Positions 17,867-32,392 of a DNA stretch of 64,000 nt are shown one piece after another. A program made the translations under genes and the position numbers. Each line of letters starts with the position of its first letter. The first letter of the stretch is position 1. Origin of the DNA: Candidatus Methylomirabilia bacterium (GTDB taxonomy: Bacteria > Methylomirabilota > Methylomirabilia > Rokubacteriales > CSP1-6); contig JBGQEL010000015.1 in assembly GCA_041496385.1 (NCBI GenBank), forward strand, positions 1 to 64,000. Direction: 5' to 3'. The notes beneath the pieces were generated by a model that was not told the origin of the DNA, searched no databases, and was given only the letters and a program-made list of their open reading frames with translations.

Positions 17867-20800
17867 GGTGGTACTCCTGCAGGCTCAGCACCTGCTGCTC
17901 GCCCTTGAGCAGCGCCTCGATCGCCCCGATCGCGGTCTGGGCGCCGTCCATGGTGAGGTAGTAGGGGATATTCTGCGTCACGGCGGTTCGCCGGATCATG
18001 TAGGAGTCTTTGCGGGCCCGCCCGTCCTCGGGCGTGTTGAAGACGAGCGCGATCTCGCCGCGCTTCATGAGATCGAGGACGTTGGGGCGGTACCCCTCCG
18101 CGACCTTGTGGACCAGCTCCACCGTCATGCCGTGGCGCTCCAGCACGCGCGCCGTGCCCGACGTCGCGACGAGCGAGAAGCCCATCTCGGCGAGGCGCTT
18201 GGCGAGCGTCATCACGAGGCGCTTGTCGCGGTTCTTCACCGAGATGAAGACCTTGCCCGAGGTGGGGAGCATCGAACCGGCGGCCAGCTGCGCCTTGAGG
18301 TAGGCCTTGCGGAAGTCGTGGTCGATCCCCATGACCTCGCCCGTTGATTTCATCTCCGGCCCCAGGACGGCGTCCACCCCCGGGAACTTCACGAACGGGA
18401 AGACCGACTCCTTGACCGCGATGTGGGCGAGCTCGCGCGTCTCGATCCACGCCCAGGGCGCGAGCGACTCGCCGAGCATCGCGCGCATCGCGAGCTTGGC
18501 GAGCGGCACGCCGATCGCCTTGGAGACGAAGGGCACGGTGCGGGAGGCGCGCGGGTTCACCTCGAGGACGTGGATCGTGTCCTGGCGAATCGCGAACTGC
18601 ACGTTGATGAGCCCGACGACGCCGAGCGCCCGCGACAGCGCGCGCGTCTGCGCCTTGAGCTCCCGGATCTGGTCCTCGCCCAGCGAGTAGGGCGGCAGCG
18701 CGCAGGCCGCGTCGCCCGAGTGGATGCCGGCCTTCTCGATGTGCTCCATGACCCCGCCGACGACGACGCGCTCGGCGTCGGCGACCGCGTCCACGTCGAT
18801 CTCGATCGCGTCCTCGAGAAACTTGTCGATGAGCACCGGGTGCTCCGGGGAGACGCGCACCGCGTCGCGCATGTACTCGGAGAGATCGGCGTCGTCGTAC
18901 ACGAGTCGCATCGCCCGGCCGCCCAGCACGTACGAGGGGCGGACGAGCACCGGGTAACCGATGCCGGCGGCGATCGCGAGGGCCTCCGGGAGCGAGCGCG
19001 CGGTCGCGCCGGCCGCCTGGTGGAGGCCGAGCTCGGTGATGAGGGCGTTGAAGCGCTGGCGGTCCTCGGCGCGGTCGATCGCGTCGGGCGAGGTGCCGAG
19101 GATCGGCACGCCCATGGACTGCAGCGGGACGGCGAGCTTCAATGGCGTCTGGCCGCCGAACTGGACGACGACGCCGAGCGGCCGCTCCTTCTCGACGACG
19201 TTCAGGACGTCCTCGAGCGTGAGCGGCTCGAAGTAGAGCCGGTCGGACGTGTCGTAGTCGGTCGAGACGGTCTCGGGGTTGCAGTTGATCATGATCGCCT
19301 CCACGCCGAGGTCGCGTAGCGCGAACGCGGCGTGGACGCAGCAGTAGTCGAACTCGACGCCCTGGCCGATGCGGTTCGGCCCCGAGCCGAGGATGACGAC
19401 CTTGGGACGGTCCGTCGGGGGCGCCTCGTCCTCCTCCTCGTAGGTCGAGTAGAGGTAGGGCGTGTGCGCGACGAACTCGGCGGCGCAGGTGTCCACCGCC
19501 TTGAAGGTGGCGAGGATGCCGCAGGACCGGCGACGCTCCCGCACCGCCCCTTCGCTCGTGACGCAGAGCTCGGCGATCCGCCGGTCCGCGAAGCCGAGCT
19601 GCTTCGCCCGGCGGAGGGTCGCGGGATCGCGCATGGCCCCGCTCGCGATCGCGGGCTCGAAGGCGACGATCTCGCGGATCCCCTCGAGGAACCAGCGATC
19701 GATCTTCGTGAGGGCGTGGATCTCCGGCGTCGAGAGGCCGGCGCGATAGGCGTCGCCGATCGCGAAGATGCGGTCGGGGTTGGGCACGCGCAGGAGCTGG
19801 CGCAGCTCCTCCTCGCCGGCCGGGTGCCCCAGCGTCAGCCCCCAGCGATCCTGCTCCAGTGAGCGGATGGATTTCTGCAGGGCCTCCTTGAAGGTCCGTC
19901 CGATCGCCATGACCTCGCCGACCGATTTCATCTGCGTGGTCAGCGTCCGGTCTGCCTCCGGGAACTTCTCGAAGGCCCACCGGGGAAACTTCACCACGCA
20001 GTAGTCGATCGCCGGCTCGAACGACGCGGGCGTCTCGCGGGTGATGTCGTTCCGGATCTCGTCGAGGCGGTAGCCGACCGCGAGTTTGGCGGCGATCTTC
20101 GCGATCGGGAAGCCCGTCGCCTTCGAGGCGAGGGCCGACGAGCGGGAGACCCGCGGGTTCATCTCGATGACGACCAGCCGCCCGTCGTCGGGGTTCACGG
20201 CGAACTGGATGTTCGAGCCGCCGGTCTCGACGCCGATCTCGCGGATGATCGCGATCGCGGCGTCACGCATGAGCTGATACTCCTTGTCGGTCAGAGTTTG
20301 AGCAGGTGCAACAGTTACCGAATCGCCCGTATGAACACCCATAGGGTCGACATTCTCGATCGAGCAGATGATCACTACATTGTCAGCGAGGTCGCGCATC
20401 ACCTCGAGCTCGAACTCCTTCCAGCCGATCACCGATTCCTCGACGAGCACGGTCCCGACGGGGGACATCTGCAGCCCCCAGCGGATCGCCTCCTCGAGCT
20501 CCTCGGGGTTGTAGGCCACGGAGCCGCCCGTGCCCCCGAGCGTGAACGACGGCCGGATGATCGCGGGGTAGCCGACTTTGCGCACGATCGCGCGCGCCTC
20601 GTCGAGGTTCCGCGCGTACCCCGAGCGGGGCAGCAGGAGGCCGATGCGCTGCATGGCTTCCTTGAAGAGCTGGCGGTCCTCGGCCTTCTTGATCGCGGGG
20701 AGCTTGGCGCCGATCAGCTCGACTCCGAAGCGGTCGAGCGTGCCGTCCTCGGCGAGCGCGACGGCGAGGTTGAGGCCCGTCTGGCCGCCGAGCGTCGGGA

Positions 20801-21059
20801 GCAGCGCCTGCGGGCGCTCGCGCGCGATGATCTTGGCCACGAACTCGGGCGTGAGCGGCTCGACGTAGGTGCGGTCGGCGAGCTCCGGATCGGTCATGAT
20901 CGTGGCGGGGTTCGAGTTGACCAGCACCACCTCGAACCCCTCCTCGCGGAGCGCCTTCACCGCCTGCGTCCCGGAGTAGTCGAACTCGCACGCCTGGCCG
21001 ATGACGATCGGCCCCGAGCCGATGATCAGGATCTTCCGGATGTCGGTGCGCTTCGGCAT
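17856..21059 (-). CDS. carB: carbamoyl-phosphate synthase large subunit
   Basis: [24 protein letters not shown]; two ATP-grasp halves; MGS domain. Confidence 0.99.
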   Translation of the reverse strand: MPKRTDIRKILIIGSGPIVIGQACEFDYSGTQAVKALREEGFEVVLVNSNPATIMTDPELADRTYVEPLTPEFVAKIIARERPQALLPTLGGQTGLNLAVALAEDGTLDRFGVELIGAKLPAIKKAEDRQLFKEAMQRIGLLLPRSGYARNLDEARAIVRKVGYPAIIRPSFTLGGTGGSVAYNPEELEEAIRWGLQMSPVGTVLVEESVIGWKEFELEVMRDLADNVVIICSIENVDPMGVHTGDSVTVAPAQTLTDKEYQLMRDAAIAIIREIGVETGGSNIQFAVNPDDGRLVVIEMNPRVSRSSALASKATGFPIAKIAAKLAVGYRLDEIRNDITRETPASFEPAIDYCVVKFPRWAFEKFPEADRTLTTQMKSVGEVMAIGRTFKEALQKSIRSLEQDRWGLTLGHPAGEEELRQLLRVPNPDRIFAIGDAYRAGLSTPEIHALTKIDRWFLEGIREIVAFEPAIASGAMRDPATLRRAKQLGFADRRIAELCVTSEGAVRERRRSCGILATFKAVDTCAAEFVAHTPYLYSTYEEEDEAPPTDRPKVVILGSGPNRIGQGVEFDYCCVHAAFALRDLGVEAIMINCNPETVSTDYDTSDRLYFEPLTLEDVLNVVEKERPLGVVVQFGGQTPLKLAVPLQSMGVPILGTSPDAIDRAEDRQRFNALITELGLHQAAGATARSLPEALAIAAGIGYPVLVRPSYVLGGRAMRLVYDDADLSEYMRDAVRVSPEHPVLIDKFLEDAIEIDVDAVADAERVVVGGVMEHIEKAGIHSGDAACALPPYSLGEDQIRELKAQTRALSRALGVVGLINVQFAIRQDTIHVLEVNPRASRTVPFVSKAIGVPLAKLAMRAMLGESLAPWAWIETRELAHIAVKESVFPFVKFPGVDAVLGPEMKSTGEVMGIDHDFRKAYLKAQLAAGSMLPTSGKVFISVKNRDKRLVMTLAKRLAEMGFSLVATSGTARVLERHGMTVELVHKVAEGYRPNVLDLMKRGEIALVFNTPEDGRARKDSYMIRRTAVTQNIPYYLTMDGAQTAIGAIEALLKGEQQVLSLQEYHRDA

Positions 21060-21071
21060 CGCGCTCGCGCG

Positions 21072-21338
21072 CTACTCGTCCACCAGCCCGTACACGATGG
21101 ACGTCTCGGGTGCCGCCTCCTCGCGGCGGTAGAGGACGTCGTCGATGCGGCCGTTGCCGATCCAGACGACCTCGCCGCTCCCCCAGAGCTGCTCGCCGAG
21201 GACGCTCATCCGCCTGTCCACGCGCTCGCGAACGGCGTGGGCCTCGAGGGAGACCTCGCTCTGCGAGGTGAACGAGGTCCACTCCGGCTTCTGGCCCGGC
21301 CCTTCCGTCTTCCGGTACGAGATCAAGTATTTGGGCAT
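21072..21338 (-). CDS. hypothetical protein (88 aa) between carA and carB
   Basis: ATG at 21338 after purine-rich GAAAGGGAG; fills the gap exactly; host-like codon usage. Confidence 0.7.
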   Translation of the reverse strand: MPKYLISYRKTEGPGQKPEWTSFTSQSEVSLEAHAVRERVDRRMSVLGEQLWGSGEVVWIGNGRIDDVLYRREEAAPETSIVYGLVDE

Positions 21339-21346
21339 GACGAGGC

Positions 21347-22474
21347 TCAGTCTCCCTTTCGTGTCATGAGCTCGGCGAACCGGTGGAACAGATGGTTGGC
21401 GTCGTGCGGGCCGGGCGAGGCCTCCGGATGGTACTGCACGGAGAACGCGGGCGACTCGCGGTGGCGCAGCCCCTCGCACGTGCCGTCGTTGAGGTTCACG
21501 TGGGTCGGCTCCCAGCCGTGACGCTCGGCTGACGCCGGGTCGACGGCGAAGCCGTGGTTCTGGGCGGTGATCTCCACCTTGCCGGTCGTGAGGTCCTTCA
21601 CCGGGTGGTTCGCGCCGTGGTGGCCGAACTTGAGCTTGAAGGTGCCGGCGCCGGCGGCCAGCCCCATGATCTGGTGGCCCAGGCAGATGCCGAAGATCGG
21701 CAGCCGGCCGAGGAGCGTGCGCACCGACTCGATCAGGTACGGCACGCCCTCGGGATCGCCGGGGCCGTTGGAGAGAAAGAGGCCGTCGGGCTTCCGCGCC
21801 AGGACCGCGTCCGCCGGTGTGGAGGCGGGCACGACGGTGACGTCGCAGCCCGCCATGCGGAGCTGGCGCAGGATGTTGAACTTGATTCCGCAGTCGTAGG
21901 CGACGACGCGGAAGCGCGCGGGCGGCGGCGCGACGTGCCCGCGCGAGAGTTCCCAGCGCCCCTCGTCCCACGCGTACGGCTGCGCGACGCTCACCTCGGC
22001 GACGAGGTCGCGGCCGACGAGGCTGCCGAGCCCGCGCGCGCGCGCGCGGAGCGCGTCCGGGTCCGCGGCGGGGCCGGAGGCGATGATCCCGTCCTGGGCG
22101 CCGTGGTCCCGGAGGTGGCGCGTGAGGGCGCGCGTGTCGATCGCCTGGATGCCGACGATCCCGTGTCGCCGGAGGTACTCGTCGAGGCTCGCGCCGGCGC
22201 GGAAGTTCGACGCGACGGGCGAGCACTCCTTGACGATGAAGCCGTTCACCCAGGGCCGCCGCGACTCGACGTCCTCGTCGTTGACGCCGTAGTTGCCGAT
22301 CATCGGATAGGTCATCGCGACGATCTGCCCCTTGTAGGACGGGTCGGTGAGGATCTCCTGGTATCCCTGCATCGCGGTGTTGAAGATCACCTCGCCGGAG
22401 GTCTCTCCCGTCGCGCCGAGCGGCTCGCCCCGGAACGTGCGGCCGTCGCGCAGCACGAGCCAGGCGACGCTCAC
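21347..22474 (-). CDS. carA: carbamoyl-phosphate synthase small subunit
   Basis: GEVIFNT, LTDPSY, SNGPGDP, GICLGHQ, QYHPE. Confidence 0.98.
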   Translation of the reverse strand: MSVAWLVLRDGRTFRGEPLGATGETSGEVIFNTAMQGYQEILTDPSYKGQIVAMTYPMIGNYGVNDEDVESRRPWVNGFIVKECSPVASNFRAGASLDEYLRRHGIVGIQAIDTRALTRHLRDHGAQDGIIASGPAADPDALRARARGLGSLVGRDLVAEVSVAQPYAWDEGRWELSRGHVAPPPARFRVVAYDCGIKFNILRQLRMAGCDVTVVPASTPADAVLARKPDGLFLSNGPGDPEGVPYLIESVRTLLGRLPIFGICLGHQIMGLAAGAGTFKLKFGHHGANHPVKDLTTGKVEITAQNHGFAVDPASAERHGWEPTHVNLNDGTCEGLRHRESPAFSVQYHPEASPGPHDANHLFHRFAELMTRKGD

Positions 22475-23741
22475 GGCCTGACCACATTCCCGCCGACGAT
22501 CGTCAGCCATGGCCCGCCCCGGAGCGCCCAGCCCGCGAACGGCGTGTTGCGGCTCTTGGACTTGAACGTCGCGGGATCCACCGTGAGCGTTCGCTCCAGG
22601 TCGAGGATCGTGACGTCGGCGGGCGCGCCGGCGGCGAGGCTCCCGCCGGGCAGATTCAGGAGCCGCGCCGGGTCGCGCGAGAGGCGCGAGATCAGCGTCG
22701 GGAGCGGCAGGAGGCCGGGCCTCACCAGGCGATCGAGGAGGACGGACACGGCCGTCTCCAGCCCGACGATGCCGAACGCGGCCTGATCGAACTCGCCCTC
22801 CTTCTCGGCGAGCGCGTGCGGCGCGTGGTCCGTCGCGACGCAGTCGATCGTGCCGTCGGCGAGCGCCTCGACGAGCGCCTCCGTGTCGCGCTTGCTCCGG
22901 AGCGGCGGCGCCATCTTCGTGCGGGGGTCGTACGTGCGCACGGCCTCCTCGGTCAGCACGAGGTGATGCGGCGTCACCTCGGCCGTCACGCGCACGCCGC
23001 GCGCCTTGCCGTCGCGGACGAGGCGGGCGGCGCCCGCGGTCGAGAGGTGGGCGATGTGGACGTGGGCGCCCGTCAGCTCGGCCAGGAGGATGTCGCGCGC
23101 GACCATCACGTCCTCGGCCGCCGCCGGCGCGCCGGGCAGGCCGATCTCGGTCGAGACGACGCCCTCGTTCATCGCCCAGCCCTTCGAGAGGTGGGCGTCC
23201 TCGGCGTGGCTGATGATCGGCACGCCGAACGGCAGGGTGTACTCCATCGCGCGCCGGTAGAGGCCCGCGTTCATCACGCACTTGCCGTCGTCGGAGAAGG
23301 CGACGCAGCCCGACTCCGCCAGCTCGGCGAGCTCGGCCAGCTCCTCGCCCTTCAGGTTCTTCGTGACGGCGCCGATCGGATGGACGCGCACCACGCCCTC
23401 GACCTTCGCCTTGGCCAGGATGTAGTCCGTCACGGCGCCGTTGTCGTTGACGGGGTGCGTGTTGGCCATGCACGCCACCGCGGTGAAGCCGCCCGCGGCC
23501 GCCGCGCGCGTGCCCGTCCGGACAGTCTCCTTGTACTCGTGGCCGGGCTCGCGCAGGTGGACGTGGATGTCGATGAAGCCCGGGCAGACGACCTTGCCCG
23601 CGGCGTCCACGACCTCCGCGCCGGGCGGCGCGACGAGGCCGCGGCCGACCTTCTCGATCTTCCCGTCGGCGATCAGCACGTCCTGGACGGCGTCCACGCC
23701 GTTCGCCGGGTCGACCACGCGTCCGCCCTTCAGCAGGAGGC

Positions 23742-23745
<4 letters not shown>
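22471..23745 (-). CDS. pyrC: dihydroorotase
   Basis: [28 protein letters not shown]. Confidence 0.97.
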
Positions 23746-24680
<935 letters not shown>

Positions 24681-24682
24681 GC

Positions 24683-25300
<618 letters not shown>

Positions 25301-25306
25301 CTACCG

Positions 25307-25864
25307 CTACTCTACACGCCGCGCTCGGCCGCTGTCAATCCGTAGCGGCCCCGCCGCGCGCCACGCGCGGAGGAGGTCGCGCGTGAGGAAGGCGAGCGCG
25401 CCGAGCATCAGGAGCGCGCCGGCGCCGAACAGCAGCCGGCCGATCCCTTCGGCGCGCTGGAGCAGGCCCAGGGTGCCGAGGATCCAGTTCCAGTCGTGGA
25501 TGAGCCCGTCGGCGAGGAGCGGGAGCGCCATCGCGCGCCCATCGGCCGCGTAGACGGCGACGTCGCAGAGCGACTGCCCCGTCCAGAAGACCGCGACCGC
25601 CGCCGACGCGGAGTAGCGCGTGCGCAAGAAGGCCCCGACGCAGATCGCGGGCACCAGCACCTGGTTCAGCGAGCCGCCGAGCACGCCCATGAAGCGGCCG
25701 AGGAAGCCCCAGATCACGTGGCCGGCCTCGTGGAAGACGAGGTTGACGATGTGGAGGAGCGCGAGCAGGCCGCCCGCGCCGAGCGTCAGGCCCTGCTCGA
25801 GGACGCGGAACGTCACGTAGAGAAGGACGAGGAGTCCGGCGGCGCGGCCGGCGACACCCGCCAT
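25307..25864 (-). CDS. membrane protein with HExxH motif (peptidase M50B-like)
   Basis: LVFHEAGH within a TM segment and DGLIHDWNWILG; ATG coupled to the xth stop. Confidence 0.7.
   Translation of the reverse strand: MAGVAGRAAGLLVLLYVTFRVLEQGLTLGAGGLLALLHIVNLVFHEAGHVIWGFLGRFMGVLGGSLNQVLVPAICVGAFLRTRYSASAAVAVFWTGQSLCDVAVYAADGRAMALPLLADGLIHDWNWILGTLGLLQRAEGIGRLLFGAGALLMLGALAFLTRDLLRAWRAAGPLRIDSGRARRVE
25309..25338 (-). promoter_or_regulatory. sigma70-type promoter of the pyr operon
   Basis: TTGACA-18 nt-TAGAGT directly upstream of the PyrR element. Confidence 0.6.
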
Positions 25865-26634
25865 CAGTCGGTGAGCGTCACGACGACGGGCGCGTGGTCC
25901 GACGGTTTCTGCCCCTTGCGCTCGTCGCGGTCGATCTCGACCGAGACGCAGCGCGCGGCGAGGGCGGCCGTCAGCAAGATGTGATCGATCCGGAGCCCCC
26001 AGCCGCGGTGGAAGGCCCCGGCGCGATAATCCCACCAGGTGAAGAGGCCGCCCTCCTGGCGGTGGAGCCGCAGCGAGTCCCGCAGTCCCCAGCCCAGGAA
26101 CTCCTGGAAGACGGCGCGCTCCGGATCGCTGAACATGATCTGGCCGCGCCACTTCTCCGGATCCCACACGTCGCGGTCCTCGGGCGCGATATTCAGGTCG
26201 CCGCAGAGGGCGAGCGGCTCGTCCGGCCTCGCCGAGGCCTCGAGGAACCCGCGAAAGCGCCGGTACCAGTCGAGCTTGTACGCGTACTTCTCGGAGCCGA
26301 CCTCCTGGCCGTTCGGCCCGTAGACGCTCATCACCGTGAGGCCGGACACGCGCGCGACCAGCAGGCGCTGCTGCGCGTCGTCACCGTCGTCGGGCAGCCG
26401 GCGCGCGATCTCCTCGGGGCCGGCGCGGGCGAGGACGGCGACGCCGTTGTAGGTCTGCTGGCCCGCGACGAGCGCCGTGTAGCCGAGCGCCCCCAGCTCC
26501 TCGAACGGGAACCGGTCGTCGGTGACCTTCGTCTCCTGCAAGCACACGACGTCGGGCCGGCGGCGCTCGAGCCACGCGAGTAGGCGCGGCAGGCGCGTCC
26601 GGATCGAGTTGACGTTCCAGGTCGCGAGCTTCAC
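25864..26634 (-). CDS. xth: exodeoxyribonuclease III
   Basis: ATWNVNSIR, LQETK, GDLNIAP, FTWWDYR, LRIDH, SDHAP. Confidence 0.96.
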   Translation of the reverse strand: MKLATWNVNSIRTRLPRLLAWLERRRPDVVCLQETKVTDDRFPFEELGALGYTALVAGQQTYNGVAVLARAGPEEIARRLPDDGDDAQQRLLVARVSGLTVMSVYGPNGQEVGSEKYAYKLDWYRRFRGFLEASARPDEPLALCGDLNIAPEDRDVWDPEKWRGQIMFSDPERAVFQEFLGWGLRDSLRLHRQEGGLFTWWDYRAGAFHRGWGLRIDHILLTAALAARCVSVEIDRDERKGQKPSDHAPVVVTLTD

Positions 26635-28013
26635 GGGACGATGGCCTCGAGGGCGCGCTCGAAGCACGCGAGCGGCGCGCGGACGACACCGGCGCCGACC
26701 TGGCCCGTGCCGGCCTTGCGCCCGGCGATGCCCGTGTTGATGAGCGGCGTGATGCCGGTCTCGATCACCCGGCGGAGATCGATCCCGGTGGGCACGCCCC
26801 GCTCGTCCTGCGCGGGGACGCGGAAGTGCGGGTGCTCGCCGTGGCAGATCTCGCGGATCTCCTCCGTGGCGGCCAGCGCCTGCGCCACGCCGCCGGCACC
26901 GACGAAGCGGGCGACGGCGGGAGCGGCGACCATCGCGCCACCGCCCAGGCCGATCGTCTCGACGATCGCGCTGTCGCCCATGTCGGGGTTGGCGTCGTCG
27001 GCGCCGTAGCCCGGGAAGTAGAGACCGACCGGCGTGTCGACCGGGGCGCTGAACCAGCGATCCCCCAGGCCCGAGATCCTGACGCCGAAGTCGGTGCCGT
27101 TGCGCGCCATCGCCGTCACGAGCGTGGCGTGCGGGACGCCGCCCGCGGGATCGGCCAGCGCCTTGCCCGCCGCCATGGCGACGTTCAGGAAGAACTGGTC
27201 GTTGCCGGCCATGAACTCCGCGAGTCGCGCGACCGCGCCGTGGCGCCCGCCCGCCCGCGCGACGTGCGGCATCAGCGCGCGCACGAGCAGCGACGAGGCC
27301 GCGACGTTCCGCTGGTGCATCTCGTCGCCCATCCGGAGCGCCTGCGCCATGAGCGCCCGGAGATCGATGCCGCCGGACGCGCGGAGCGCGGCGCCGAGCA
27401 GCGGCCCCGCCTCGGTCGCGAGCCACCGCAGGCGCGCGAGCACCGAGTCGTCGTTGGCGCCGAAGCGGAGGACCCTGCCCAGCCCCTCGTTGATCGTCGC
27501 GTGCGCGCGGTTGCCGTGGGCGCGGTTCTCGACGGCGAAGACGGGCATGGAGCGGGTGACGATGCCGGTCATCGGCCCGACGGCGCGACGGTGATGGCAG
27601 GGCTCGAGGCGGACGCGGCCCGCCACGACCAGCGCCGCCGCGGCGTCGTCGTTGGCGGCCCAGCCCTCGTAGCGGATCGCGCACAGCACCGCCGCGCGCA
27701 GCGGCTCGCAGGCGCGCTCCCAGGCGATCGGCGGCCCCGCGTGGAGGACGACGCGCTCGGGCAGCTCGAGCGCCTCGTGCGCGGGGCGGCAGTCCACGAG
27801 GAACGGCCGCCCGTCGACGAGGACGTCGAAGGCCCGCGCGTTCGCCGCGTCCACCGTGTCGCGGCGCGCGTCGAGGCCCATCAGGCGCTCGGCCAGGCGC
27901 GGGTCGCCGGACGCCGGCGGCACCCAGTCCACGCCGACGACGGGGACGCCCCGCGCCGCGAGCGTCTCGGCGAAGCGCGGAAGCCCCAGGTTCACGACGC
28001 GGGGCTCCAGCAT
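26631..28013 (-). CDS. DUF1116 (YahG/YlbE-AllG-like) protein with fused N-terminal FdrA-tail-like domain
   Basis: LHAGPP, PCHH..AVGPM, NEGLG.VLRFGA, GDEMHQRN, NPDMGDS; N-terminal VVNLGL..DWVPPA. Confidence 0.88.
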   Translation of the reverse strand: MLEPRVVNLGLPRFAETLAARGVPVVGVDWVPPASGDPRLAERLMGLDARRDTVDAANARAFDVLVDGRPFLVDCRPAHEALELPERVVLHAGPPIAWERACEPLRAAVLCAIRYEGWAANDDAAAALVVAGRVRLEPCHHRRAVGPMTGIVTRSMPVFAVENRAHGNRAHATINEGLGRVLRFGANDDSVLARLRWLATEAGPLLGAALRASGGIDLRALMAQALRMGDEMHQRNVAASSLLVRALMPHVARAGGRHGAVARLAEFMAGNDQFFLNVAMAAGKALADPAGGVPHATLVTAMARNGTDFGVRISGLGDRWFSAPVDTPVGLYFPGYGADDANPDMGDSAIVETIGLGGGAMVAAPAVARFVGAGGVAQALAATEEIREICHGEHPHFRVPAQDERGVPTGIDLRRVIETGITPLINTGIAGRKAGTGQVGAGVVRAPLACFERALEAIVP

Positions 28014-29248
28014 CAGACGCCCAGCCCCGCGACGAAACCCTCGAGCGCGCGGATGAAGCACCCCATCGGCGCCTCGCTGAATCCCGCGCCGATCTGGCCG
28101 ACGCCGGACTCCCGGTGCGCGATGCCCGTGTCGATGACGGGCACGATGCCCGTCTCGACGACCTTGCGGACGTCGATGCCGAGGGGGACGCCGCGGAAGT
28201 CCAGCGCGGGAATGCGGAAGCTCTCGTGTTCCGCGAGCGTGATCTCGTACATACGCCGCGTCGTGTCGAGCGCGACTCCGGCGGTGCCGCCGACAAACTG
28301 GACGATGGCCGGCGCGGCCGCGAGCGCGAAGGCGCCGAGCCCCGCCGTCTCGGCGATCGCCGAGTCGCCGATGTCCGGGTTTGCGTCGTCGGGGCCGTAG
28401 CCCGGGAAATAGAGGCCCTCGATCTTCGGGGCGGGGGCGGTGAACCAGCGGTCGCCCGTGCCGCTCACGCGGATCCCGAACTCGACGCCGTTGCGCGCCA
28501 TCGCCGTGACCACCGTCGAGCCGGGGACGCCGTGGCAGCCGTCCAGCATCGCCTTGGCGGCCGCCATCGCGGCGTTGAGGAAGAAATGGTCGGTGGCGTC
28601 CATGAAGGCGAGGGCCCGCTCGACGTCGCCCGTGCGCGCGGCCGCCACGTGCGGCGCGAGCCGGCGCACGAGGAGCGAGGTGCCGGCCGTGTTCCGGTTG
28701 TGGCACTCGTCGCCCATCGTGAGCGCCCGCGCGATGAGGTTCTTGAGGTCCACGCCTCCCGCGCGGCGGAGCGCGCCGTCGACGAGGGGCGCGAGCTCGC
28801 GGTTCATCCACGCGAGCCGGTCGAGCACGGCCTGGTCGTGGGCGCCGAAGCGCAGCACGCGGCCCAGCCCCTCGTTGAGCGTCGCGTACGCCTCGCTCCC
28901 GAAGGCCTCGTTCCGCACGACGAGGAGGGCCATCGACGGCGACAGCACCCCGGCCATCGGGCCGACGGCGCGATGATGATGGCAGGGCTCGAAGGCGAGC
29001 CCGCCCGCCGTCGCGAGCCGCGCCGCGTCCTCGGCGGTCGCCGCCCAGCCCTCGAAGAGGCACGCGCCAACGACCGCGCCGCGCATGGGGCCGCACATCC
29101 GCTCCCAGGCCACGGGCGGACCCGCGTGCAGCAGCGTCCGCTCGCCGAGCGCGGGGAGGACCTCGCGCGCGGGCCGCACGCCCACCAGCACGGCCCCGCC
29201 GGCCTGGAGGCGCCGCACACACTCGCGATTGGCGTCGCCGATCGTCAC
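28013..29248 (-). CDS. DUF1116 (YlbE/AllG-like) protein
   Basis: LHAGPP, GDECHNRN, NPDIGDSAI, TGIAH..GQIGAG. Confidence 0.9.
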   Translation of the reverse strand: MTIGDANRECVRRLQAGGAVLVGVRPAREVLPALGERTLLHAGPPVAWERMCGPMRGAVVGACLFEGWAATAEDAARLATAGGLAFEPCHHHRAVGPMAGVLSPSMALLVVRNEAFGSEAYATLNEGLGRVLRFGAHDQAVLDRLAWMNRELAPLVDGALRRAGGVDLKNLIARALTMGDECHNRNTAGTSLLVRRLAPHVAAARTGDVERALAFMDATDHFFLNAAMAAAKAMLDGCHGVPGSTVVTAMARNGVEFGIRVSGTGDRWFTAPAPKIEGLYFPGYGPDDANPDIGDSAIAETAGLGAFALAAAPAIVQFVGGTAGVALDTTRRMYEITLAEHESFRIPALDFRGVPLGIDVRKVVETGIVPVIDTGIAHRESGVGQIGAGFSEAPMGCFIRALEGFVAGLGV

Positions 29249-29442
29249 GGGCGCCCTCGCTCCACGTCGACGTCGTCGCCCGCGCGCGCCAGCAGCGCCG
29301 CGAGGCGTGGCTCGCCGCCGGCCGGTGGGCGCCAGTCGATGTGGACGACGGGGACGCGCCGGGCGCCGAGCGCGTCGGCGAAGAGCTCGAGGCCGATCGA
29401 CACGACGCGGATCTCGGCGGCGAGCAGGTGCCCCGGCTCCAT
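29245..29442 (-). CDS. small FdrA-associated domain protein (65 aa)
   Basis: VVSIGLELFADAL..VVHIDWRPPAGG; visibly homologous to the N-terminus of the 26631-28013 protein. Confidence 0.8.
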   Translation of the reverse strand: MEPGHLLAAEIRVVSIGLELFADALGARRVPVVHIDWRPPAGGEPRLAALLARAGDDVDVERGRP

Positions 29443-31006
29443 CAGGCGCGCCGGGCCGCGATGAGCGCGGCGAGGCGCGCCGCCTGGGCGTTCGACGGCA
29501 TCACGACGACGCCCGCGCCTCTGAGCGCCGCCGCCTGCGCCGAGCGGCCCTGCGGGTCGCCGTCCGTCCCGCAGACGCTCGCGACGACCGCGAGGTGGCG
29601 CCCCGCCGACTCGGCCGCGCGCCGCGTGCGGACGATCGCCGGCAGGAGCTCGCCCGCGGGGTCGGCGTGCGTGCCGTAGCCCAGTACGACGTCGAGGAGC
29701 AGCACCGCGGTGTCTGCGGCGGCGCCCTCCTTCTCGATCCACTCGCGCCGCACGGTGCCGTCGATCATCGGGTGGGGCCGCCCGACGGTGAAGACGTCCT
29801 CACCCAGGTCCACCACGCGGTGCGCGACGCCGCCGCCCGTCAGACCCGGCGCAACGTCGGCGAGCCGGGCCTCGAGGAGGCCGAGGGCCTCGTAGGCGAG
29901 CGTGCCACCCGAGTAGACGCCGCGCACGAAGCGCTGGCCCGCGCGCATCCGGCGCTCGGCGTCCTCGACCAGCCGGGTGATCGCGCCCGGCGGATCGGTG
30001 AACTCGACGGGCGCGGGCGTCTTCCCGCGGGCGAGCGCGACGGCCGCGAGGGCGGCATCCTCGAGGGTCGCGGCGACGTGCGTGGCGGCGGGCGGGGGCG
30101 TCGAGCCGCCGCCCGCCGGCCGCGCCGCCCTCGTGACGAAATTCACGACGCAGGGCTTGCCGAGGCGCCCGAGCCAATCCCCAAGGCGCGCACGCGTCGC
30201 CGGCCCGGGCGGCTTGCCGATGACGCAGACGACCTCCGTGGCGGGGTCGCTCGCGAGCGCCGCGAGCGCCCGCTCCAGCATGAGGCCGCCGACCGCGTCC
30301 GTGAGGTCACGCCCCCCGACGCCGATCGCGTGCGAGACGCCATCGCCCGCGGCCGCGATGTGGCAGACGACCTCCTGGAGCCCGGTCCCCGAGGCCGCGG
30401 CGATCCCGATCCGGCCGCGCGGGACGGCGTTCGCGAAGCCGAGCGGCACGCCGCCGACGATCGCGGTGCCGCAGTCCGGGCCCATCATGAACAGGCCACG
30501 CTCGCGCGCGAGCGTCTTCAGCTCGACCTCGGTCGCGACGGGCACGTTGTCGCTGAAGAGCATGACGTGGAGGCCCGCGCGCAGGGCCTTGAGCGCCTCG
30601 GCGCCGGCGTAAGCGCCGGGCACGGAGATGAGCGCGAGATTGGCTCCGGGCAGCGCGCGGAGGGCCCCGGCGAGCGTGCGGGGGCGCGGCGCGGCGCCGG
30701 GTGGCCCGGACGCGGGGCGCGCCGTGAGCGCGCGCTCCGTGGCGGCGCGCGCGGCCTCGGCCGCGGCGCCGGAGCTGGCGAGGACCGCGATGACGAGGTC
30801 GGTCGGCCCCGCGGCCTCGCCTGCGGCGGCGAGGAGCCCCGCGTCGTGCAGGAGCACCAGGTTCTGCGGCGTGCCCATCATCGCCGCCGCGCGCGCGACG
30901 CCGGGCACCGCCTCCATGTCGCGCGTGAGGAGCATGAGCGTCACGGAGTCCTGGTAGAAGCTCTTCCTGACGAAGTTCCACGAGGCCATGGCCGTGGCGC
31001 CCGTGC

Positions 31007-31010
<4 letters not shown>
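29442..31010 (-). CDS. fdrA: acyl-CoA synthetase-like FdrA (AllF-like); start 31010 or 30989
   Basis: YQDSVTLM, MGTPQN, MLFSDNV, MGPDCGT, SGGTL, DLGED.FTVGRPHPMID. Confidence 0.92.
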
Positions 31011-32371
<1,361 letters not shown>

Positions 32372-32392
32372 GCAGGCACTCGGGCCACGGGG

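Noticed and set aside
20045..20054. TGTCGTTCCG, a partial match to the palindromic-element loop, in carB
   Set aside because: It is 10 bp encoding the conserved IRNDIT and has no flanking inverted arms.
20293..20301. AGAGTTTGA resembling the 16S rRNA 5' primer site
   Set aside because: It lies inside the carB reading frame and no rRNA sequence follows.
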